Shown one piece after another: positions 50,126-55,711 of a stretch of DNA of 55,711 nt. The translations under genes and the position numbers were made by a program. This stretch comes from Minisyncoccota bacterium (GTDB taxonomy: Bacteria; Patescibacteriota; Minisyncoccia; UBA6257; 2-01-FULL-56-20). The stretch spans positions 1 to 55,711 of the forward strand of contig DATKNL010000004.1 of assembly GCA_035541435.1 (NCBI GenBank), written 5' to 3'. Positions within the stretch are counted from its first letter, which is position 1. Each line of letters begins with the position of its first letter. A model generated the notes under the pieces. That model searched no databases and was not told where the DNA came from. It saw only the letters and a list, made by a program, of their open reading frames with translations.

Positions 50126-51019
50126 ATGAAAATGAAACGGTACGCCCTCTTCGCAGCGATCGCCCTCGCCGTCGTCGCAGCGGGAGCCGCCTTCTGGTAT
50201 TTGGCTGAACAGAACGCCATCCTGCGCTCCGAAAACGACGCGAAGGCCGTGGAAGTCGCCACGCTCGAGAATGCGGTGAGCTCGACGAACAGCGAAGTCG
50301 CGACGCTGCAGATCACGCTTGCTTCGACGACGCTCGCGCTGCAGAACGAACAGAAAATCAACGGCACGTTCGAGGGTCAGATCAACGAGCTTTCGGGGAC
50401 GGTCGGACAGCTGCAGAAAGTCGCCTCCACCGATCCGCATCTGCTCGAGAAATATTCCAAGGTCTATTTCCTCAACGAGAATTACGCCCCCGCGTCGCTT
50501 TCCCCCGTCGACACGCAATACCTCTACAACCCCTCGCATACCGAACTCGTCCTTTCGGGAACCCTGCCGTTCCTCGACGGTATGCTTGCCGCGGCGGCGC
50601 GCGACGGCGTTGCGCTGCAGGTCGTGTCCGCCTATCGCTCGTTCTATCAGCAGGCTTCGCTCAAACTCGACTATAAGACGAGCTATGGCACGACGGCGGC
50701 CAACCAGTTCTCGGCCGACCAGGGATACTCCGAACACCAGCTCGGCACCGCGATCGACTTCGGCACGCCGAACGCCAAGAACCTCGTCACGCAGTTCGCG
50801 TCGTCATCGGCCTATCAGTGGCTCGTCGCGAACGCCTACCGCTACGGCTATGTGATCTCCTATCCGCCGGGCAACGTCTATTATCAGTACGAGCCGTGGC
50901 ACTGGCGCTTTGTCGGCGTTGCCCTTGCGACCTACCTGCACGGGAACGGCGAATATTTCTTCAACCTCAGCCAGGACCAGATCAACCAATATCTCGGATC
51001 GTTCTTCGATCTGCAGTGA
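50126..51019 (+). CDS. coiled-coil D-alanyl-D-alanine carboxypeptidase (VanY/M15B family)
   Basis: SAYRS, SEHQLGTAIDF and EPWHWRF zinc-peptidase motifs; TM + coiled coil at N-terminus. Confidence 0.85.
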   Translation: MKMKRYALFAAIALAVVAAGAAFWYLAEQNAILRSENDAKAVEVATLENAVSSTNSEVATLQITLASTTLALQNEQKINGTFEGQINELSGTVGQLQKVASTDPHLLEKYSKVYFLNENYAPASLSPVDTQYLYNPSHTELVLSGTLPFLDGMLAAAARDGVALQVVSAYRSFYQQASLKLDYKTSYGTTAANQFSADQGYSEHQLGTAIDFGTPNAKNLVTQFASSSAYQWLVANAYRYGYVISYPPGNVYYQYEPWHWRFVGVALATYLHGNGEYFFNLSQDQINQYLGSFFDLQ

Positions 51020-51164
51020 TCCGGAATTCAGATCTGTAACAAAAGGATCTTCGATCCTGTATTAATCAGTAGCTCCATCGCGCAGGTCGATGTATGCGCG
51101 GTGATTTTTATTGCCCTTTCTTGCAAAACAACCAACGCGTCGAACAAACAAAAGATTAAAACGA

Positions 51165-52175
51165 ATGAAAAAGACATTTGCTTTTTCGGCAATCGCCTTC
51201 ACGGCGATCGCCGGCATGGTTTTCGGTGCCTTTCCCCGCGGAACGCAGGCAGCGACGGTCTATACGACAGCCCAGGTCGCCACGCACAACACGGCAAGCG
51301 ACTGCTGGCTGATCATCAGCGGCAGCGTGTATAACGTGACGAGCTTCATCCCGATCCATCCGGGCGGCAACGCCATCGTCGCCTATTGCGGCCAGGATGC
51401 AACGAGCGTCTTCCTGTCGATCCACGATCAGACGGCGATGAACATGCTGCCGACCTATCTCATCGGCACGGTAGGCACGCCGGCCCCGACGATCACGGCG
51501 CCCGTGATCACGAACGCGACGGCGACCACCTCGACGGTCACGATCTCGTGGAGCGCGTCGACGGGCGCAACGGCCCCGGTCACGTACACCGTCCTCCGCA
51601 ACGGGAACTCGATCGGCTCGACGACCAACACGTCGAACGCCTTCACTGACACAGGACTCTCGCCCGGCACGACCTATACCTATATCGTGAAGGCGACCGA
51701 CAGCTCGACTCCGACGCCCGCAACGGCGACGTCGTCAGCGAAATCCGTGACGACACTCACCGTCACGCCGACGCCCACGCCAACACCGACGCCGACACCT
51801 ACTCCGACCCCGACGCCAACGTCGACTCCGACATCGACATCGGCTGGCATCGCCATCGTCTCCCCGGCTGCGAGCACGACCGTCGCGCGCTGGACGATGA
51901 TCAGGGCGACCACGACGGCGGGTTCCGGGATCACCAAAGTCCAGCTGCTCATCGATGGCAACCTCAAAGCGACCCTGACCCACGCGCCGTACCGGTTCTA
52001 TTGGTACACGGGATGGACCGCGAGCGGGACGCATACGATCCAGGTAAAGGGACTTAACGCGAGTGGGACGGTCATCGCTTCGGCAAGCGAAACCGTCACC
52101 GTGAGCAACGTTCGGCAGCATCGCGAAAGCGACGACGGCCCGAACGAGCATGAAGGGTCGGGCTTCGACGACTAA
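51165..52175 (+). CDS. secreted cytochrome b5-like heme-binding domain protein with FN3 and Ig-like domains
   Basis: Signal peptide MKKTFAFSAIAF...; HNTASDCWLIISGSVYNVTSFIPIHPGG (HPGG motif); PT linker. Confidence 0.8.
   Translation: MKKTFAFSAIAFTAIAGMVFGAFPRGTQAATVYTTAQVATHNTASDCWLIISGSVYNVTSFIPIHPGGNAIVAYCGQDATSVFLSIHDQTAMNMLPTYLIGTVGTPAPTITAPVITNATATTSTVTISWSASTGATAPVTYTVLRNGNSIGSTTNTSNAFTDTGLSPGTTYTYIVKATDSSTPTPATATSSAKSVTTLTVTPTPTPTPTPTPTPTPTPTSTPTSTSAGIAIVSPAASTTVARWTMIRATTTAGSGITKVQLLIDGNLKATLTHAPYRFYWYTGWTASGTHTIQVKGLNASGTVIASASETVTVSNVRQHRESDDGPNEHEGSGFDD
51764..51842 (+). repeat. coding (Pro-Thr)n linker
   Basis: Encodes [24 protein letters not shown] within CDS 51165-52175. Confidence 0.7.
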
Positions 52176-52206
52176 CCCGCCCACCCGCAAGGAACCGGCA
52201 AGCAAA

Positions 52207-52234
52207 GACAGGCGCGACAAGCGCCTGTCTTTTG
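52207..52234 (+). terminator. terminator after the cytochrome b5-domain gene
   Basis: GACAGGCGC-gacaa-GCGCCTGTC-TTTT. Confidence 0.75.
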
Positions 52235-52246
52235 TCCGTCCATGCG

Positions 52247-52281
52247 AAAAAATAAAAAAGGCGGCATCACGCGATGCCGCC
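52247..52281 (-). terminator. terminator after 52300-52806
   Basis: GGCGGCATC-acgc-GATGCCGCC preceded on plus by a long A-run. Confidence 0.75.
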
Positions 52282-52299
52282 GCTCACTAGGAGAACCGC

Positions 52300-52806
52300 T
52301 CAGCCATAGAACACCCCTTGCGTATTCGGGACTGCCTCTTCGGGAATGAGCCGAAGGGCGATGCTCCCGGCCTGAGCGTACTGCCGCATCCGTCGCGCAT
52401 TCACGGAAGCATCGGAACCGGGCATGAGGCGCAGTTCCCGGATGAGACCCGACCGAAGGATCGGGGCATAGAGCCCGTCGAACAGCTTCCCTTGCAGCTC
52501 GCGTTCCTCGTCGTGCGAGAGGCTGCCGCCGTCGCGCCCGCCAAGAAGGATCATTACGGCGCGCTTCCTGAGCGGCAGATAGTTGAACGTCGGGACGTGC
52601 TTCTTCTTGAGCCATGCGATCATCTGCCTGATCCGTTCACCGTTCTCTTCGAGCGTCCTTGTTCCGGACGTGAAGGGACCGACCACGGTGCAGATCTGCG
52701 GCGGCATGCGCCGCAGGACGTCGACGGCTATCCCAACCAGCTCGTGAAGCGTTTCAGCCTTCTCGATTCGCTCCGGGTCGGAGGAATCATAATAATGTGT
52801 AACCAC
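52300..52806 (-). CDS. hypothetical protein (168 aa)
   Basis: GTG start with GGAGAA 6 nt upstream; terminator at 52247-52281; no confident domain. Confidence 0.55.
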   Translation of the reverse strand: MVTHYYDSSDPERIEKAETLHELVGIAVDVLRRMPPQICTVVGPFTSGTRTLEENGERIRQMIAWLKKKHVPTFNYLPLRKRAVMILLGGRDGGSLSHDEERELQGKLFDGLYAPILRSGLIRELRLMPGSDASVNARRMRQYAQAGSIALRLIPEEAVPNTQGVFYG

Positions 52807-52893
52807 GTGTCGTTCTCCAAGAATGAAATGATCTGGGATAATTATATCATTAAAAAAATCTAAGTCAATATGTTCCCGCCCGTGCGGCCGCCG

Positions 52894-54075
52894 TCAGGTC
52901 GCGAGCCCCTCGCAGAACCGGCGGAGGTCCGCGTCGCCGATCGCCCCGCACAGTTCCCGGGCCTGGAATTTCGAATCATATTGATAGATGAAATCCTGAA
53001 CCGCCCCCTCGATGCAGCTCGACCGCTCATAGAAGTCCGTCCCGAGGCCGCACACGGCGACCGTCGTCGATGCGTCGTACACGTCGCGGCCGTCGGCGTC
53101 GCGACCGATGCTCTGATAGCACAGGCCGCGATAGGCCTCTTCGGCCTGGTCGCATAGGGCGAACACCTTCGAGGGATCGCCCAGGTGGTCGAGCGCATAT
53201 GACGGCTGGATCAGGTAGCACGCGGCCTTGTACTGTTCGCCGACCGCCGTGCAGGGATAGAACGGCTCGTCGGGCCTCAGGTATTTCGTCACGTGATCGG
53301 CGTCGATCGCCTGCTGATGGATGTCGCCCACGATCACGTTCTCCATGAAGACGCCACCATAGCACGACGTCTGCTGCCACATGCCGGTCAGGCGGTCGCA
53401 GTCGTTGAGCGACGCAAAGAGGTCGTCATCCGTGATCTCCATGAGCCCGTGTCCCAGGCCATGCAGGCAGCTGAAATAATCCGTCGAAGCCGGACTCGAG
53501 CCCAATCCGTCGCAGATCGTGTTCAGATTCTCGAGAAGCTTGTCCTTGCCCATCCTGAAGGCAAGCCCCTCGAGGACGCCGTGATAATAGCCCGATGCGC
53601 AGAAGGCGTCGCCGTGCCGGTAGGCCTCGGCAACGGACGGATACAGGCTGACGGCGGCCTGACCGATGATGTGCGTGATGGGATGACAGTCACGGCTCAC
53701 GTAATCGTTCACGGTGAAACGCGCCTTGAGGTCGGCGAAGGCCGCATCGACGCCCTTCGCAAGGACGAGGTCCTTATAGAACGCCTCGTAGCAGGAAAAA
53801 TCCTCCCGCTCGCCCTCTGAGGCGCACACGACCGGGAGCGAGCTCGTGGCGAGCGGCTTCGCGCCGCCCGCGTCCCATCCGCCGATCGGGTTGCGCAATT
53901 CGCTCCCGATCGCCTGCTGCAGCAGGGTACCGACGTCGGTCGGTGACGCAACCGCCCCCTCGTCCGGAGCGGGACGCCAGAGAATGACCGCGATGCTTGC
54001 GATCCCGACAGCCACGAGACCCAGGGCCCAGACATACCAGAACCGATCCCATCCTGACGCTGTTCGACGGCGCAT
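52894..54075 (-). CDS. membrane-anchored cysteine-rich repeat protein
   Basis: 393 aa, N-terminal TM, about seven repeats built around C-x-x-G/H motifs (CLHGLGHGL, CASGYYHGV, CYGGVFMEN). Confidence 0.65.
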   Translation of the reverse strand: MRRRTASGWDRFWYVWALGLVAVGIASIAVILWRPAPDEGAVASPTDVGTLLQQAIGSELRNPIGGWDAGGAKPLATSSLPVVCASEGEREDFSCYEAFYKDLVLAKGVDAAFADLKARFTVNDYVSRDCHPITHIIGQAAVSLYPSVAEAYRHGDAFCASGYYHGVLEGLAFRMGKDKLLENLNTICDGLGSSPASTDYFSCLHGLGHGLMEITDDDLFASLNDCDRLTGMWQQTSCYGGVFMENVIVGDIHQQAIDADHVTKYLRPDEPFYPCTAVGEQYKAACYLIQPSYALDHLGDPSKVFALCDQAEEAYRGLCYQSIGRDADGRDVYDASTTVAVCGLGTDFYERSSCIEGAVQDFIYQYDSKFQARELCGAIGDADLRRFCEGLAT

Positions 54076-54142
54076 ACGTCCAGTGTATCACGCGCGGAAC
54101 GCCGATTTGCTATGATTAAATAAAACTAAAACAACCCTTGAC

Positions 54143-54655
54143 ATGCCGCTATTCCTTGCCGTCCCCGTCCTTGTCATCCCGTTCATCTTCATGGTCAAAT
54201 ACCGCGACGCGATCGTGCGCGCGATCAGGAAAATCCGCCTGCCGAACCTCGTGCTCGCACTCCTCACGTCGGTCGTCTTGATGATCCCCGAAGAACACGT
54301 GAACTGCGGCGCCTATGGATGCGCGCCGGTCTTCTTCCCGCCCACGATCCCGATTCTCGTCATCCTTGAGCTCATCTTCTTTTTCATCCTTTATGTCTTC
54401 CGCGTGAAGTCCCTCCTGTGGCGCACGATCGACCTCAGCATCATGGGCTTCCTTTTCGAATTCATATTCGGCTCCGCAAGCAAGGCGCTGCAGGCGCTCC
54501 TCGGATCGAACTTCCTCATTTTCCTGTTCATCCTGATCTGGACCGCGTTCAGCTATGCGTTCGTCTATTTCCTGCCGCTCGCCCTCCTGCAAAAACCCGC
54601 CGCCCAGAACCAGGGCAGCATGCCTTCGGAAAAACCGGCAGCGGCTACAGGTTGA
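54143..54655 (+). CDS. hypothetical integral membrane protein
   Basis: 170 aa, ~5 TM; TGCTATGAT promoter 26 nt upstream; 11-nt convergent overlap with the pilin gene. Confidence 0.6.
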   Translation: MPLFLAVPVLVIPFIFMVKYRDAIVRAIRKIRLPNLVLALLTSVVLMIPEEHVNCGAYGCAPVFFPPTIPILVILELIFFFILYVFRVKSLLWRTIDLSIMGFLFEFIFGSASKALQALLGSNFLIFLFILIWTAFSYAFVYFLPLALLQKPAAQNQGSMPSEKPAAATG

Positions 54656-55211
54656 GGTTCGTCCCTGTCTCGTACGTGCTCGAATCGATGCCGCCATCGG
54701 TTGAGACGGCGTCCCTGTCGCCGCCTTCGCCATAAACCTTGCTTTCCATCGTCGCGGTCACCTTGAAGTCCGTGCCGTTCACGATGTACGAATAGAAGTA
54801 ATTTCCGGACGTGCTGTTGATCGGATCCTGCGGCAGTGAGCCGAAGGGCGCTCCCGCGCTCAGTTCGTCGAAGTCCACGGGGATCCACCCGGAACCGTCG
54901 ATCGAGCTCGAAGCGTTGCCAAGGGGCGTATCGCTCGCCGTCGCGGACCACGGGCAGTCGCTCGTCGACTGAAGGTCCTCGTAGCATGTCGCAGGACTGC
55001 CAAGGACCGGCATCTCGGCATCGTCGAGATACATGCTGAGCGCATTCTTGATCGTCGCCATGTCCGAAAGCCTGTTCGAATCGCGTGACTGCTTGAGGAG
55101 CTCGGCCGGGTTGAGGTCGAGAATCGCGACGACGGCAAGCACGGCGATGATCGCGATGACGACAAGCACCTCGATCAGGGTGAACCCCCGGTTTTTTGCG
55201 GCGGTGTGCAT
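54645..55211 (-). CDS. type IV pilin-like protein (prepilin-type N-terminal cleavage/methylation domain)
   Basis: MHTAAKNRG|FTLIEVLVVIAIIAVLA class III signal peptide with Glu5. Confidence 0.85.
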   Translation of the reverse strand: MHTAAKNRGFTLIEVLVVIAIIAVLAVVAILDLNPAELLKQSRDSNRLSDMATIKNALSMYLDDAEMPVLGSPATCYEDLQSTSDCPWSATASDTPLGNASSSIDGSGWIPVDFDELSAGAPFGSLPQDPINSTSGNYFYSYIVNGTDFKVTATMESKVYGEGGDRDAVSTDGGIDSSTYETGTNLNL

Positions 55212-55369
55212 AGGGATATATCAATCATACAAAATAAAACGGTGTCAAATTATCCCCAATCGCCCCGACCGGCCGTTTGCTACCATTAATGCAATACAGA
55301 GAAGGGTGGAAGGGCTCCCCGGCCTTCCCGGTTCGGGTCGAAAAATCCGCATAATCGCGGCAATTGTTC

Positions 55370-55711
55370 ATGCGAACATCACAACAGGGTTTCTCATTGG
55401 CGCAGATCCTCATAACGATCGCCGTACTTGCGGTGCTTGCCGTCGTGGCCGTCCTTCTGCTCAATCCCCGCGAAGCCATCAACCAATCCCAGGACGGCGT
55501 GCGCATCGACGACCTCAGGTCGATCTATGGCGGCGTCGGGCTCGTGAGGGCCCAGGATTCGAGGATCGACCTCGGCTCGACGACCCTCATCTACCTCTCG
55601 CTCATCGACCCGACCGCGACCTCGAGCGCCGGCACGGACTGCACCTATTTCGGCCTGGGCGGCGGCGGGTACCACTGCGCCGCGTCGTCGAGCGTCTACA
55701 ACATCGACGGC
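55370..55711 (+). CDS. pilin-like protein, partial (3' end beyond window); Gln at +5
   Basis: ATG 55370: MRTSQQG|FSLAQILITIAVLAVLAVV...LNPREAINQSQD parallels the neighbouring pilin; frame open to window end; absent from the ORF track. Confidence 0.7.
   Translation, partial: MRTSQQGFSLAQILITIAVLAVLAVVAVLLLNPREAINQSQDGVRIDDLRSIYGGVGLVRAQDSRIDLGSTTLIYLSLIDPTATSSAGTDCTYFGLGGGGYHCAASSSVYNIDG

Noticed and set aside
1-55711. Diversity-generating retroelement, retron, prophage or transposon content
   Set aside because: No translated frame shows a reverse-transcriptase (YxDD), integrase, transposase, capsid or terminase-like sequence. No template/variable repeat pair was noticed by eye; a computational repeat search would be needed to exclude this fully.

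Overview
55.7-kb high-GC bacterial fragment: about 66 CDS, one tRNA, and no rRNA, CRISPR array, transposase or integrase. Gene content (compact sugar-phosphate cluster with a split transketolase, lamin-tail-domain protein, coiled-coil cell-wall hydrolases, peptidoglycan-binding giant beta-helix proteins, type IV pilins) suggests a Patescibacteria/CPR-like organism; this is inference, not proven. 1-15.5 kb (minus strand): AI-2E transporter, M16 peptidase, lytic transglycosylase, L25, NUDIX, fba, PfkB kinase, split tkt, rpe, rpiB, gap, DUF192, TrmH, LTD protein. 15.7-20.3 kb: class I ribonucleotide reductase whose NrdB has class Ic hallmarks. 21.4-25.4 kb: tRNA-Asn followed by five lower-GC single-gene cassettes linked by junction repeats, which is the most unusual structure in the window. 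25.5-35 kb: ABC-2 exporter plus ICMT-like methyltransferase, patatin-like phospholipase, small orphans, beta-helix protein coupled to DUF488, STAS protein. 35.7-55.7 kb: GH17 lipoprotein, orphan 358-aa gene with a long structured 3' region, queA, DHFR-like protein, MFS transporter, 1342-aa surface protein, VanY-type peptidase, secreted cytochrome b5-domain protein, divergent pilin pair. At least 22 genes have a -10 box 6-9 nt upstream of the ATG and no SD, implying leaderless mRNAs. Accessory genes instead carry full -35/-10 promoters plus strong SDs. Many long ORFs in the supplied track are GC-driven antisense shadows.
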